Source: Octopus vulgaris
Taxonomy: Eukaryota
Length of the DNA: 64,000 nucleotides
Assembly: GCA_951406725.2 (NCBI GenBank)
Contig: OX597825.1
Span: 79,050,001-79,114,000, forward strand
Reading direction: 5' to 3'
This document shows positions 1 through 14,851 of the stretch, piece by piece. Position 1 is the stretch's first letter. The number at the start of each line of letters is the position of its first letter. The position numbers and the translations under genes were made by a program. Below the pieces are notes generated by a model. The model did no database searches. It saw nothing but the letters and a program-made list of their open reading frames with translations, and was not told the DNA's origin.

Positions 1-1822
1 ACTCACTCGGGGAGCAGTTGTGAAACTGGAAAACAAATATTGTTGCAAGTACTTAGTTCCTTGCTCTTGTAAACCTACAATGTACGGCAGAAATAATGAT
101 TGAAGCAATACAATAATTCTTTTCTTACACAATAAAGAAACAAAGATAAACAACATGATACCTTTATATATAATCAAAGTACAGCAATTAGCTGTCACTG
201 ATATGTACAATGACTTTTGATAGTAAGCTTAACACACATAATATTTGGACGTGTTCAGCAAAGTTCACACCTTACAAGCAATTAGAGAAAAACATGATTT
301 TCTTGTATCCTGCAGATATTATATTGGTTTCAAATCTTGGCACAAGGCCAGCAATTTCAAAGGAGGGGATAAGTTGATTACATCAACCAGTACTTTGGTG
401 AAATTTGAACTTGGAATATATAGATAGGATGAACTGCTACAAAGAATTTTTCCCAGTGTGTGGTAATGATTCTGCCAATTCGCAGCCTTATCTCAGTGTG
501 AACATCAGTACCACCAAAGGTCATGAGCATTGCTCCTTCACCTCCTCATTAACACAGGAATAAAAGATAAAAAAGAAAGAAAAAAAACAAGCTAATCAAG
601 CTAATATTCGTAGAAATGCGAATGTTATGCAACCCCAACTTTGAAGTACCTTTCATTACTTCAGAAACACAGCCATATCTCATAAAAATATATCAGCAAT
701 ACCACATAAAAAGCAAGTTGACAAGATAGTCGTGTGCATCAGTTGACCAACATACACAGGGTTACAGACCAAAATCAATGCAGTGACTGTAACAACACAA
801 GATATAATTATAAAACTTGCACATGTATCAATTCTAACCTACTGATATCATCAATTAAACATAAAGCAGTATCAATAATAACCTATTACAAAACACAAAG
901 TAAATTAAAAGTCTCCTTATTAAGAAACTGTAAGCTAGTCAGTCAGGTAAACCTTCACACAACCAATATAACAATCATAAATGCAAAGCTGGATATTGTT
1001 GAGTTTGTTAATCCAAATTGTTGGACTAATGAGTAGCAGGCTATCTCACAAGCTTTCCATATACTCTCAACATGGTACAACAAAAAATTAGGTCTGCTTA
1101 ATCATAGCTAACATGAGATACAACTAACTACCAAGAATGGTATAATTTAACATGAGTTTTCTCCACAGAGTGAGTATTCCATGAAAGTAAGACAACTTAA
1201 AGAACTGATCCTTCCAGCTAAACAAACACTAAAAATTTAGAGCAAATGAGTGAACCACTATGTTTGACCCATTAAAAACTGCATTCAAATCCTCTCTAGA
1301 ATCACATTCTCTTGTCTTAAAACAGGGAAGGATGCATTAACTAAAAAAGTAGTCAAAATACAGTGCTTCAGATGTAGGAAAAAAAATGTTTGCAGTTGAA
1401 ATAGTTGTGATCAATAAATGTTATCCTGGGGCTAAAAAGTAACAACACTTTATACAAGAATATTCAGATGTTCCAACACTTTAGTAATAGTAACGGTTAC
1501 AAACTTAAAAATCTAGAAGCATCTGATGAAAGAAAATATATAACATGAACCAATTACATTCTGCTTATTCAGTAATTACATTCACCACTACAAACTATTA
1601 TTTCAACATGCATCACCCAGACAATAAGGTCATAAGGACCTAGAAATGCTGATGCTATGGTGATCATAGGATAATTAATATTCCAAACCCTGCAACACAA
1701 AAGCACTTATACAAATGTATAGATAAAAAAGGAAAGAAACTGCCTCAAAATACATGAGTAAAAATAAAAGTGTAACCCACATACAATCTCTTTCTCTCTC
1801 ACCTCCATATAATATATATACA

Positions 1823-1867
<45 letters not shown>

Positions 1868-1871
<4 letters not shown>

Positions 1872-2234
1872 CACCATTCAAGTGTGATCGTTACCTGCAT
1901 TGCCTTACTGGCACTTGTGTTGGTGGCACGTGAAAAAACATTCGAGCAAGGTCATTGTCAGTGCCACTGGACTGGCTCCTGTGCAGGTGGCACGTAAGAA
2001 GCACCATTTGAGCGTGTCGAGTGCCAGTACCACCTGACAGGTCCTCCTACCGGTGGCACGTAAAAGCACTCACAACACTCTTGGAGTGGTTGGCATTAGG
2101 AAGGGCATCCAGCTGTAGAAACTCTGCCAGATTAGATTGGAGCCTGGCGCAGCCATCTGGTTCGCCAGACCTCAGTCAAATCGTCCAACCCATGCTAGCA
2201 TGGAAAGCGGACATTAAACAATGATGATGGTGAT
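1868..2234 (+). mobile_element. SINE with Nin/Deu-like domain and RTE-derived 3' tail
   Basis: Internal ggtggcacgtaaaaagcac repeats, GTTGGCATTAGGAAGGGCATCCAGCTGTAGAAA core and CCAACCCATGCTAGCATGGAAAGCGGAC..(GAT)n tail. A close reverse copy lies at 29142-29482. Confidence 0.75.
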
Positions 2235-3096
2235 ACATATATAAATATACACATATATATACATATACATACATATACACATACATATATATATATATAT
2301 ATACATACATATACACATACATATATATATATATATACATACATATACACATACATATATATATATATATATACATACATATACACATACATATATATAT
2401 ATATATATACATACATATACACATATATATATATATATACATACATATACACATACATATATATATATATATACATACATATACACATACATATATATAT
2501 ATATACATACATATACACATACATATATATATATATACATACATATACACATACATATATATATATATACATACATATACACATACATATATATATATAC
2601 ACATACATATATATATATATACATACATATACACATACATATATATATATATACATACATATACACATACATATATATATATATATATATACATACATAT
2701 ACACATACATATATATATATACATACATATACACACACATATATATATATACATACATATACACATACATATATATATATATACATACATATACACATAC
2801 ATATATATATATACATACATATATATATACACATACATATATATATACACATACATATATATATACATACATATATATATATACATACATATATATATAC
2901 ACATACATATATATATACATATATATATATATATACATACATATATATACACATACATATATATATACATATATATACATATACATATATATATATACAT
3001 ACATATATATATACATATATATATATACATACATATATATATACATATATATATATACATACATATATATATACATATATATATATACATACATAT

Positions 3097-3157
<61 letters not shown>

Positions 3158-3162
3158 CATAT

Positions 3163-3194
<32 letters not shown>

Positions 3195-3312
3195 ACATAC
3201 ATATATATATATATACATACATATACAAATACATATATATATATACATACATATACACACACACATAAATATATATATACATACACACACACATATACAC
3301 ACACACACACAT

Positions 3313-3343
<31 letters not shown>

Positions 3344-3440
3344 TATATACACACACACATACACACACACACATACACACACACATACACACACACACAC
3401 ACATACACACACACACACATATACACACACACATATACAC

Positions 3441-3507
<67 letters not shown>

Positions 3508-3524
3508 CATACGCACACACACAT
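2235..3524. repeat. 1.3-kb compound microsatellite (TA/TACA/CA) with higher-order units
   Basis: Almost entirely alternating purine-pyrimidine dinucleotides. It is the source of the three spurious 436-448 aa ORFs. Confidence 0.98.
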
Positions 3525-4295
3525 AAATGTGTGTCCAGGATCTAAAGATCAGTACAGTTAGTTTGTAATGAGAAAACTACATAGTCTATATGTAAACATT
3601 ACTCTTCCAATATTTGTTCAGCACAATTCAGCTATGGATAATATCTCCTAATATCTCATTTGTATTAATAAACACACAAACTATCAACTATATTTCTCTC
3701 TTCTCTGTGCCACTTTCACTCCTTCCTACTTCGTCTCCTCTTGCCTCTCACTTACCCTCAGTGCACACACCCACCTCTCTACATTTCTTTCTATCATACG
3801 TTCAACGTCTCTCTTTTTTTTACTGTCTCTGCCTTCTTGCCTGTCTCTCTTCCTGTGATCCCCACTTCTCTTTCTCCCTCAGTAATGTGAATGTGTTTTT
3901 GTTGTGGAGCTCTTCAGACCAGATATAAGCAAATGATGAGTTATGAGCCAAAGATCCGCTGTCTTAGCTAAACCATTTACCTGAGGGCAAAACAATTTAA
4001 CACTGAAATGTCAGTATCAGCTGTATGAAATAAAGTATGACAGTCTGGGCATGATCCCACTTTCTCCATACTCTGTAAATTCTGGTGACAACACTTGTTC
4101 TTCAGCACTTACTGTTGGTAATGTGCAATTCAGTAGAATATTTGGGGCAGTGAGGCTATTGATGCTCTAACTATTACAAGGTGTATGTACCATGTATTCT
4201 TTGGCTAAGCAAGTGAGGGTGGTCTAAGAGTTTTGGTGTAATAGTGTCTTAAGGAGTTAAACGTGTCAGGGTGTTTGGAGGGGTGTGTGTGTGTG

Positions 4296-4336
<41 letters not shown>

Positions 4337-4338
<2 letters not shown>

Positions 4339-4580
4339 TCTTTTACTCTTGCTAAGTGACGGGAACGTAAACACACCAGCATCGGTTGTCAAGCAATGCT
4401 AGGGGGACAAACACTGACACACAAACACACATATACATATATACAACAGGCTTCTTTCAGTTTCCTTCTACCAAATCCACTCACAAGGCATTGGTCGGCC
4501 CGGGGCTATAGCAGAAGACACTTGCCCAAGATGCCACGCAGTGGGACTGAACCCGGAACCATATGGTTGGTTAGCAAGCT
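4337..4580 (-). mobile_element. tRNA-derived CORE-like SINE (partial)
   Basis: Reverse complement of ggttccgggttcagtcccactgcgtggcatcttgggcaagtgtcttctgctatagcc..ccttgtgagtggatttggtag; many copies in the window. Confidence 0.8.
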
Positions 4581-4857
4581 ACATACACACACACACACAT
4601 ATACACACTAGCAATGCATCCCGACATTGCCAGGGTGCAATGACCTACAGCCGCATCATATTATTTGTTCCTTTCTTATGGGCAGAATTGGCACAGCTGA
4701 TATATAGTGAACTGAATTACTGGAGTAACGGAAGTTATTGTTTGTTTAAAATTGAAGAGAGGAGGGTACAATTTGCATGGGTTTGCATGAAAGTGCTTTC
4801 TGTTCTTAAGAAGGATCGCAAACTATGCATTGTTTCATCATATAACAGGGGTTTAAT

Positions 4858-5500
4858 ATGAGTTTGCCCAGAAATCACGTTTTCACAATTCTAATTTTCC
4901 CCTAACCCCGCTGCAATTTCTTAATTTGTAACTTTTTTTGAATTTTTTATTATTTTATCCAAGTAGTAAAGTACGGAGATTATGAATCTAGGTAATATAT
5001 ATATATATTTTTTAAAGTTTAATTTTTCCTCAAGAAACACTCAATGCCCCTTTCCCAACCTTGCTCACCCACCACCTACCTGGTTTCAAAAAGCTAAAAA
5101 CACTCAGTGTTTCGCAGTCATTTGATGTTTCAGTAACACATAGAATTGTACTGAAATAGCACACGTAATGAATATCTGAGCACCACCAGAAAACCTGACA
5201 TGCTAGATCAACATTATTTCTGAAGAAACTTCCCCGTTTTCCAAAAAGTAAAAAAGGGAAACATTGAGAGTTTGTAGCTATTTGAAAGTGGTGAGGTGAT
5301 GGGTGGATGTTTGAGAAGGAGATTTTAGTGTTTATTCAAAAAAAACAAAGATGAAAATTCTTAAAGATTCACATTCTTTTTTTCTCTGTGGATTACCAAG
5401 AAAAAATTTTGTAAAAAAGTTTAAAATATGAAGAAATTGGGGTGGGGAGGGAGAAAATTAAAATATCGAGACCATAACTTTTGGGCAAAACCCTAATCTC
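4858..5500. mobile_element. Decayed non-autonomous DNA element with ~80-bp imperfect terminal inverted repeats
   Basis: tttgcccagaaatc..taattttccc..caatttctt..aactttttt at ~4860-4940 mirrors aaaaaagttt..aagaaattg..gagaaaatta..ttttgggcaaa at ~5412-5490. Confidence 0.55.
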
Positions 5501-5819
5501 CTGTATTGAAAACATAGGAATCAAGAAATTTAGGAAAAAAAAAATCATGGTCTGGGGAATAAATGTCACCTCAGACATACTAGAAACAACAACTAAAGGA
5601 CAGGATTATTAAATGATGATGATTATATATGAGAAAGAGGGGGGGATATGGAGAACAAGTTGAAAATGTATCAAAATTTTCTTATATATGTATGTGTATG
5701 TGTAATTAAAATAAGTTTAACTTTTTAACATAAGTGGAGAATAATCTTATTTTATATGTTTATATATATGAGAAGTAAAAATATTAGGATATGTCTTTAA
5801 CTATACATATATATATATG

Positions 5820-6113
5820 GAGGCGCAATGACCCAGTGGTTTCGTTAGGGCAGTGGACTCACGGTCAGAGGATCGTGGTTTCAATTCCCAGACTGGGTGT
5901 TGTGTGTGTTTATTGAGCAAAAACATCTAAAGGTCCACAGGGCTCTGGCAGGGGGTGGTGGCGACCCCTGTTGTACTCTTTCGCCCCAACTTTCTCTCAC
6001 TCTTTCTTCCTGTTTCTTGAGTAACGCTGCGATGGACTGGCGTCCCGTCCAGCTGGGGGGAACACACACGCCATAGAAACCAGACCCCTGAGCCTGGCTA
6101 GGCTTGAAAAGGG
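5820..6113 (+). mobile_element. tRNA-derived SINE with V-domain-like core
   Basis: tRNA-like head with A/B boxes and GCGATGGACTGGCGTCCCGTCCAG motif. A second copy lies at 45512-45800. Confidence 0.75.
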
Positions 6114-6129
6114 CACATATATATATATA

Positions 6130-7100
6130 TGGTGATAAGCACTCTGAGAGTTAATGCTTGCAGAAGCAAAAGTTCTGCTCCGCACATATCCAGATGATCT
6201 TTCATATTTAGTAGTTTTGTTTTGCTATGTAGGTGGTCTGCACTTATTCATGATGCATATTTTTTGTGTACTATGCAATTTATTGTGAACAGACTGGGTA
6301 CTCAAATAGGATTTGCCTCATCCATGATGAATCTAAAGTAGTGTTGTTGTTTCATTCAGTTGGCCAAATGTGGTGTCACTGATTATCCTAAGTATGTTTG
6401 TGTAGTTTTTTTTTTTTTTTTATTTTACTATATCTTGTGTGTGTATGTTGTGAATGAATTGTAAGTAACTCCTCTTAGTATTTTTGCCATGTAGGAGTGT
6501 GTTATGGTCAAGTACTTGAGTGTAATGGCTAATTATAATTGATGTTCTCTGGTAAGAAGGAAGACAGTGGATTTGCAGTTGATGCTACTTTATTTAAGTC
6601 TATTGGTGTAGAGCCAAATTTCCAGGAGATTTAAATAGGGTTGGAATAGTTGTGCAGCATCTGTATCTGGAAAATGATGGGAGGATATGCATGAGGACCT
6701 TTGCACACTTTGTGGAAGTGCAGGAAAGCTATACAAGTATAGCTTGAAAAGAGTGGACAAGAGGACAGATCCTTGTGGTATCCCATTTTATAAATTACAA
6801 GATCTGAAAGTGTTGCTCTTGTAACTATTAGCCAGCGTTTTATGTCACTTCTAAAGGTGATGTTGAGCACTTTTTGCATGAATGGTTAGCAGGGAATGGA
6901 GATGAAAGATTAGCTGATGCTGACAATAGCTAGAATGCTGTGTATAAGAGGGTTTTGTTATTGAAGCCAATATGGTCCTTTTTGCTTTTGTTTTGTATTT
7001 TCTATCTTTATATAGTAGCCTGAAGATGTGTCAATTTTCAAAGAAGGAGCATTTCAAATTTTTTATAATGTCACTTCACATGGGTTTTTATTGGGCTTTA
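6130..7100 (-). mobile_element. Decayed non-LTR retrotransposon (LINE) reverse-transcriptase fragment
   Basis: Minus-strand reading gives NGIPQGSVLLSTLFKLY (RT GxPQGSVLSP motif), QPYLNLLEIWLYTNRLK and DIKRWL, with stops and frameshifts. No YADD motif is recognisable. Confidence 0.75.
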
Positions 7101-8287
7101 GACTGTTTTAAATGTATAGAACACACTAATTATAAAAGGGTATTTATAATGTGATTTGAATATAATTTGGAATGTTTTGTGTTCTTGAAGTAACAATATT
7201 CTCTGAATTATTACAACTTGAATATCATGAGTGGTGAAAAATTCTTTAGTTCCATAAAGGTGTTTTAATGCTGTGAGCATTGCATTACAGAATTTGGGAT
7301 TTTTTTGTCTCATGCTTACAAAGTTTATTATGCATGTGAATCATGTATTTCTGAATATATTCTATGCAGATCTGTGACATGGAAAAGAAGATAACAATAT
7401 TCCTTGTTTATTCCCAGGTGATAATGTTTCTCCTGTAAAATCATGTATTTTTCTGGAATATTTGTATATACCATTGTTTAGTGATGTCTGTGTGGTTATT
7501 TTGTAGGTGTGTGTGATTATGGTACATAATTTAAAGCCTGCTACTCAGAAGATACACTTTTCAGAAAGATATTAAAAAATGAATGCTTTTTATTTGTTTT
7601 TTAATACAAGACAAAATATAAACAAGTAAACTTCTGAAATGTAACAAAATTTTCAGTGTCTCATCTATACAACAGGACTGCAGCTTTTGTCTTTTAATTT
7701 GAAGCTACAGATAAACATTTAAGTTTAGAGCCTGTCTTTTAAAGTGATGTCAATGGGTTGGTTAAGAAAGTCAATACTCCCTACTTCCAATGTTTACTCT
7801 ATATTTCAACACAGTTGCTGTAAAGCAGTGTATCTGTCTTTTGACGATAGTTGTCACTCTGACAAATATTGTTATATTCCGAAGTCGTCCATAGAATGTT
7901 CTATCTGGCACTGTACAGCCCCTGGTCATTCAGTGTTAGTATCCTCAAAAGGTTGGATCATTATAACATCCACTCAGTATCACAGTATAATTACTAAATC
8001 AGCACAAACACAACTATCAACACAGGCTACACATACTCTCGACCTTCTGACCTGCTACTGGTCTATTTAAAATGGCTTTACTAGGGAGGGGTGTCCAGTT
8101 TCATTATACAACAACAGTTTAAAAAAAAAAGGGTAAGACATTTTGTTTACCCTGAGACAGCTAAACTACAGATAAAGGAAGCCTTGGAGGAAAAAATGAA
8201 CAAATTTTATTGTCAGTAATATGGTAAAAAGAGCTGCAAAAAACCAGTATTTGGTGAACACTACTACTCTTATGATTAATAATAATG

Positions 8288-8503
8288 ATCCTTTCTAATA
8301 TAGGCACAAGGCCAGAAATTTTCAGGCAAGGGGTTTCGTTAATTACATTGACCTCAGGGCTAAACCAATACATATTTTATCAATCCAGAAAGGATGAAAG
8401 GCCAAGTCAATCTCGGCGGAATTTGAACTCAGAACGTTAAGCCAGAAGAAATGCTGCTAAGCATTTTGTCTGGTGTGTTAACAATTCTGCCAGCTTGCTG
8501 CCT
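8288..8503 (-). mobile_element. tRNA-derived SINE, Meta-domain-like family
   Basis: Reverse complement of ggcagcaagctggcagaa..gttctgagttcaaattccgccgag..gcctttcatcctttc..gataaaa. Confidence 0.8.
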
Positions 8504-10419
8504 TAATAATAACAATGATAAAGATTTATTGCCACAAGAACAACAAATGGAATATATGAGACAAAGAAAGAAACAATTAATATGAAAAGATATATCATAT
8601 GTGTAAGACACCTTGTGTCAATTTTGTATTACAGCAACAGTTATAATAATGGCATTATATTTAAGAGGAATGCAAGGAATGTGTAGTCCAATGCAAAGTG
8701 CCAAAATATGAAATGTGTGGTAAATTTATAGGATTATAAGACACCACAGTATCTCCATTTACACACTATGCAATATATCACAGAAATATTACATACACCA
8801 CAAGCACACAAGAGCTCTACATACAAAGGGGTACTCAACATGGATGTTTGACCTGCTAGAAATAGCAGTTAAGGCTCCTTTAACAATAGCCTAGGGTTAA
8901 ATAACAACAACAATAAACATCTCAAATGCACAGTAACTTAACAATGCAGACATACAAAAACTAATAACTTATAATAGGCTTGATGTAGTGATTTAGAGAT
9001 TAAAATCTTGAGAACACAAATTTCCAAAATAAAATGTGAATAATTTACAAACATTAATCAATATCGATAAATCATTTAAATACCAAATTGAAAACAGAAA
9101 GAAAGTAAAATCAATGTAACAAAAAATAAAATTTATAAAACAAAGACATGAAAAATAATGATTTCTAAAATTAGCAGAATGCCATAATTTTAGGGGTGGA
9201 GGGTGTAGTTAATGAACCAAACCCCTGTATATAACTAGTAATTCTTTTATCTGCCTCTGAAGGAAGAAAGGCGTGATCTGCCTCAAGCAATATTCAAACA
9301 CAATGTGTAATAGGTTAAACCGTATACCACAAGGCTTTTAATTAGTCATTTTACCAATTCTGTCACTCAATTAGTTGGAATTATTCTTGTTTCAATATTT
9401 ATTTCTATCTACTGAATTAATTATTAAGAAATTTGCATTGCACGTTTGATCCTAATGTGGAGCATCTTAGGCAAAAGTCTTCTAGTAGAGGTTAGCATAC
9501 ATACATACATACATGTCTGTGTGATAAAGAAGTTCATTTACCAACCACATAGCACCTTGGGGAAATGTCTTCTATTATTGCTCTGAGCTGATCAAAGTCT
9601 TGTGAGTGGATATGATAGATGGAAACTGGAAAAAGCCCCCCCCCACACACACACACGTGTTTGTTTTGTTTCCATTTGCACTACTCCAAAAATCACTCAG
9701 CTTCAGATGGTGACGTTGCTGACATTTCTCTTGTCAACAGGTCATTTGCTAGCTTTTCACTTTTAAAGATGTGTGGAATAACAGATCCCTTACCTGAAAA
9801 ATAGATACGGGTTAGCAACAGGAAGGGCATCCAGCTGTATAAGAACACCAATACTTATTATTATGGTTCAAACAGCCTGCACTCTCTCACCCTGCTACAC
9901 TAATGTTTTTTTAGGATGACCTTTCTTCTAAATAGGAAACTATTATTCATTAAATATTATCTTTTACATTTTCTAATGCACAACTTTTGCATGCTGCAAT
10001 TTGCTGTTGGCTTCTGCATGACTTTGCAGCATTAGTTGCATCACTGCAATGTTTTCATTTATTATTATTATTTTCCTTTAACTATTCCAAAGGGGTACCA
10101 CCAATGCAGGCTTCTCAGTATTTTGTTTCTTTATATACATCTGTTCTGATAATCATCTCCAAACATTTGCAGCGCCGGTTCTTTCATCCCAGAAGAGAAC
10201 ATGCTAACTAAACCTTTCACAATCCATCATTACACTATACCTATTTTGAATTTTTTGTTTACTTTTCGAAACATTTTTCTGTATGGATACGATTAAAGTA
10301 CATTCATACAGTAGACAAATCTATTAATCATTACAACAACTATTCATATTTCATTCTAGACAAGAATGATCACTTACAACTAAAAAAAATTTCTTAGAAA
10401 AGAAAAGCTAATAATAATA

Positions 10420-11020
10420 ACTGTTTCTAATTTAGGCAAAAAGCCAGCTATTTTGAGGGTGGATTAGTCAATACCATCAACCTCAGTAACTAACATTAGA
10501 ATGAAAGGCTAAATTAACTGCAGCAGGCTTTGAACTCAAATATACAGAGCTGGAAGAAATGCCACAAGACATTTTCACAAACATTCTAAAGAATCTGCAA
10601 ATTTGGTGCCTTTTTGTTTCTGATTTACTTACAAAGCAAGAGGAGAGGGTTTATTGATTTCATCAACCTCAGTACTTGACTGGTACTTTATCTTACTGAC
10701 CCTGGAAAGATGAAAGGTAAAGTCAAACTAGGCAGGATTTGAACTCAGAATGTAAAGAACCAGAACAAATCCCTTTCTACTGAAACCCTCAAATTTGGGG
10801 GAAGGGATTAAGTCAATTACATCGACCCCAGTGCGTCACTGGTACTTAGTTAATCAACTCCGAAAGGATGAAGGGCAAAGTTGACCCAGCAGAATTTGAA
10901 CTCAGAACGTAGCAATGAATGAAATACCACTAAGCATTTCATCCTGCGTACTAACGACTGCCAGCTCATCGCCTCAGAGCCAAAACAAATACTACAAGAC
11001 ATTTTTTTTTTGATGTTCTA
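10420..11020 (-). mobile_element. Cluster of three Meta-like SINEs, the youngest (10771-10975) nested inside another
   Basis: Three consecutive gatgaaagg..tttgaactca cores. Imperfect TSD agaaccagaacaaat / agagccaaaacaaat. Confidence 0.75.
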
Positions 11021-12419
11021 ATAATAACTATAAAGCTAACATTAATTACTCTCAGAACCTCATTAAAGAACAAGAATAAAATGTATTTTACCAAGTCTTG
11101 CATTTACCTATATTAACTAGCATTAATATATTTTTCACTTCCATTCAAGAATTAGTAGCAGATCTAAATACCATTTCTCAAGAGTCATTCATGAAACTAT
11201 CATTCTAGAATGAGAATTGTGTCTCTTGCTTTTAAATGCAGGAAATAAGAGAAGTATTTATTGATAATTTGGTTTCCAGAGATTTTTGCTTCTTGCTCTT
11301 TCTCTCAACAGAATGTATCACCTAAACAGTAACCTTCAATATAATGAATTATAGCGCTCTTAAATGCAAGATGACACAAGAATAGTGAAAGTGGATTATA
11401 TTCTGTGAGGGAGGGAGAGAGAGAACGGTCATGAATGCTAGGTCTATCTTTGCTTAAGAATGGAACAGATTAGTTGTTATTGTTGGCCATTCCTATTGTG
11501 CTGTGTAGGAATTGGTATGTCAAAGAATAGATCCGTTTCCTCTGTATGGCATAAAAAGCAACTAAAAGGGATTGAGGTAGGATTTGCACTCTGACCTTAA
11601 AAAAAGCCCTCACCAGCAATGACTACCCAAACAGACCAATGGGTTGGAGAATTGTCGCTTGAGTGGGTGCAAAGATATCTGCCAGGAATAGGGAATCACT
11701 AACAAATGGTGGATGAAGTGATGCATTCTTACATCACATGCTCCCCTAATACTACTACTACCATCACCACCACCTATATAGCAGACCTGGGATCAATGAC
11801 TTTCCACTCATTACATCCATTTTTGCATCAGGTATTGTTTATGTAGGATAAATTATCCAGTGTATTCTTTTTTTTTTTTTAAGACCATAAGCTGTGATAT
11901 GAGGAAGATATGGCTGCTATTTCTGACATGTTGAGTAACCACATTAAAGCTCCCTTTGCACATCTAGGGTAAGTTGTTTTCAGAAAGGAAACCAAAAAAG
12001 TTTGGAAAAAGACCTGAACAGAAGATACCTCTTATACAATGTGATAAGAGAGAGTGGGGCACAAGAACAGCAGTCAGCTAATAAAACCAACAGAGGGAAG
12101 GGCCTGCTGCACACATGAATGAGACAAGAGCAGGCAAAAACTCTAGTAAAACTGACAGTGGACCTACTTGTATATGAGACAGAAGTCACTAGATGGAACT
12201 AAAGAAGGTCCCTCTGTATACAAGAATGTTGAAGTCAATGGGTAAAAGTAAGAGAAAAGAGGGCTTCTTGCACACAAGAATATCCCGAGAGAGCAGTCAA
12301 CCAGTGGAAACAATAGAGAGGAAATGCCATCTGTATAGAACAAGGATATATCAAGATAGGCAAGCAATCATTGTAATCAATGGTGGAAGAGGGCAACCTG
12401 TACAGAAAATTATTTGTTA

Positions 12420-12742
12420 TCTTTTCACTTGTTTCAATCATTGGACAGCAGCCATGTTGGGGCACAGCCTTCAAAGGTTTTAGTCAAACAAATGGACACC
12501 AATACTTAGTTTTTTTTAAAGTTTGGCACTTATTCTATTGGCTTGTTTTGCTAAACTACTAGGTTATGGTGACATAAACAAACCAACACCAGTTAACAAG
12601 CCACAGTTTCTACTTATCAAATTCACTCACAAGGCATTGGTTGTCCCAGAGCTATAGGATAAGCCCAAGGTGCTGCACAGTGGGACTGAACCTGACACCA
12701 TGCGGTTGCAAAGTAAGCTTCTTAACCACACGGCCATGCCTA
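12420..12742 (-). mobile_element. CORE-like SINE, near full length
   Basis: Head ggcatggccgtgtggttaagaagcttac on the minus strand; tail gattgaaacaagtgaaaag. Confidence 0.8.
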
Positions 12743-13049
12743 CACATATGCAAATGATTAATAAAGTAAAGAAAGATATGAAGATAAAGAAAACTGAAGG
12801 TCCTTTGAGGATAATTACTGAGATGTTGAAAATATGAAGATTAGTTGAAATTACACAAGTCTTGTTTGGTCTTGATGTTTAGTCCCAGTTCAGCCCTGAT
12901 TAAGCAGACAAAGACCAATGATCAAAAACACTCCCATAACGAAGCTGATCTCTTTTTAATGCTACTGTCCAACATGTTGTTCTTAATTAAGATGGTTGAG
13001 TGTGTGGCTAAATCTGGTTGCTATTTCTGACATGTTAAGTTGATAATGG

Positions 13050-14050
13050 TGTTATTCTGAATAATCAGTGTCACAGTTGTATCTCAACTACAACAGAGGA
13101 GGAGGAGGGGATACAGGACAGAGTTTATAACAGCCTCACATATTATAGAAAACAATTTTAGATCAAGATAGTATTTTAGTTGGATTATATATGTAGCCTG
13201 GTTTTGAATTACTAAATGAAAACTACATTTCTGGGAAGATCACCAAAGAGAAACAACTACAGTTGATAATTTTCAAATCAGGGAGTTCTTCTGGTAGAGT
13301 TATACAGTCTATAGGCAGGTTGACAATGAGAAGGCCAAGGATGGATTCATGGACAAAAGACATAAAATGTCAGAGAATTCAATGTGTACTAGTCTGTGTC
13401 CATCATCAAAGCTCTGTTTTCTGTTATAGACTTTTCAGAATCAGGCCTGCTCCTGTGCTGTTACCATTTTGAAAATTTCAATAAGCTTAGAGTCCAGTAT
13501 CTCTGAAAGAACTAGGAGTTTAAAACTTGAAAAAGAAGCATGGTGTGAAAAAAAGCCTGATAATAAGCTTTTCAAGAATTGATGAATGGTAAGAGGGATT
13601 CAAAACCACAATAACATGTGATACCTTGCTAAATACATAAGCAGGGTGTGTGTAGACAGGTAAAACAATGGGGATGGTATATAGAATAGGATCTCTGTCA
13701 GAGTGATGGAGAAAAAGCAAAACTTTTTATGTACCATATGCCCTAGATTAGTTAGTAACAAGAGCAACTATGTTAAGAGGCCCACAGATTATTTACAAAA
13801 CTCACTGTAATGGATATGATTTATTATCCAGCCAAGATATTTGGTGCTGAAAATGTTTGGTCGAATGAAATGAAAAATGTTCAGAGAATTGTCACTTCTG
13901 TTGTCAAGAAAGAACTTCTTACACAAAAGATTTTAAAGCAGGCTTGTATAAGGTATGTTCAAGAAATGTTGATGCTTAGCAATGAAATAAAACCAATGAA
14001 CACCAAGAGACAGAAGTGAATGTAAAGAAATGACCCAAATACAGAGCAAA
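13050..14050 (-). mobile_element. Possible heavily decayed CR1/L2-like LINE remnant
   Basis: Only faint RT-like wording on the minus strand and no intact motif. Confidence 0.25.
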
Positions 14051-14851
14051 TGGATGATGATATTGAAAGTGGAGGATAGAAAGGAGAGAGGGAGGAGAGA
14101 GAGACAGACAGACAGGACCAAAATAGTGTTTTAAAGAAATGGGGAGATCTGATCAGAAAAGGTTGATCCTTTGAACCTCAGACAAGATTAAGAGTCACTC
14201 TAATATGCTTCATTGCAGATATGGCCCACCCATGTCAGCCTTAAAAAATGGACATTAAAATTATGTTGACAATAACAATGAATCATGAAACTCTTTATAT
14301 ATAGTTAGAAGTATAGTGAAAGTGTGTCACATGTAGGTGTTAAAAGGTTAGGGAGAAGTGATTTAAAAACAGTGTGCTGGAATGCATTGGTGCACTGTAG
14401 ATTTTTTAAAATATAACTTGAGGTTTAAGAATAAAATAGCAACAGTTGAGTATGTGGAAATACAAGTCAGTCATTTTTTTTTCACAAACAAAATGCATAT
14501 GCATGGTTATGGGGTAAAGAAGTCCACTTCTTAAACAAGTGATTTTGTGTTTGATCTCACCGCATGACAACTTGGGTGTCTTCTACTACAGACTTGACTC
14601 AACCAGTGTCAGGCAAAGAAAGAAATTTTGTGAAAAGAAACAGCAAGATATCTACCACAAAGTGTGTGCGCGTGCGTGTACACGAAAGTATGTGAATGTT
14701 AATATTCTATGTCTGTCACCAACTGACTGAAGTAATGGTGATGTAGGCATTCCTTGTTGATATTATAACTAATCCCTCTGAACTGTCAAAAACCTCCAGA
14801 ATAAAAAAAAAATCCCTTACTTGAAAACAGGAAGAGCTTCCTGTCCTAGCC

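Noticed and set aside
2176-3524. Three 436-448 aa ORFs
   Set aside because: Translations of a dinucleotide microsatellite (Y/I/C/V/M only).
8151-8182. Small AG..GT-bounded candidate exon on the minus strand
   Set aside because: In-frame TAG in phase 2 and no CRTC similarity.
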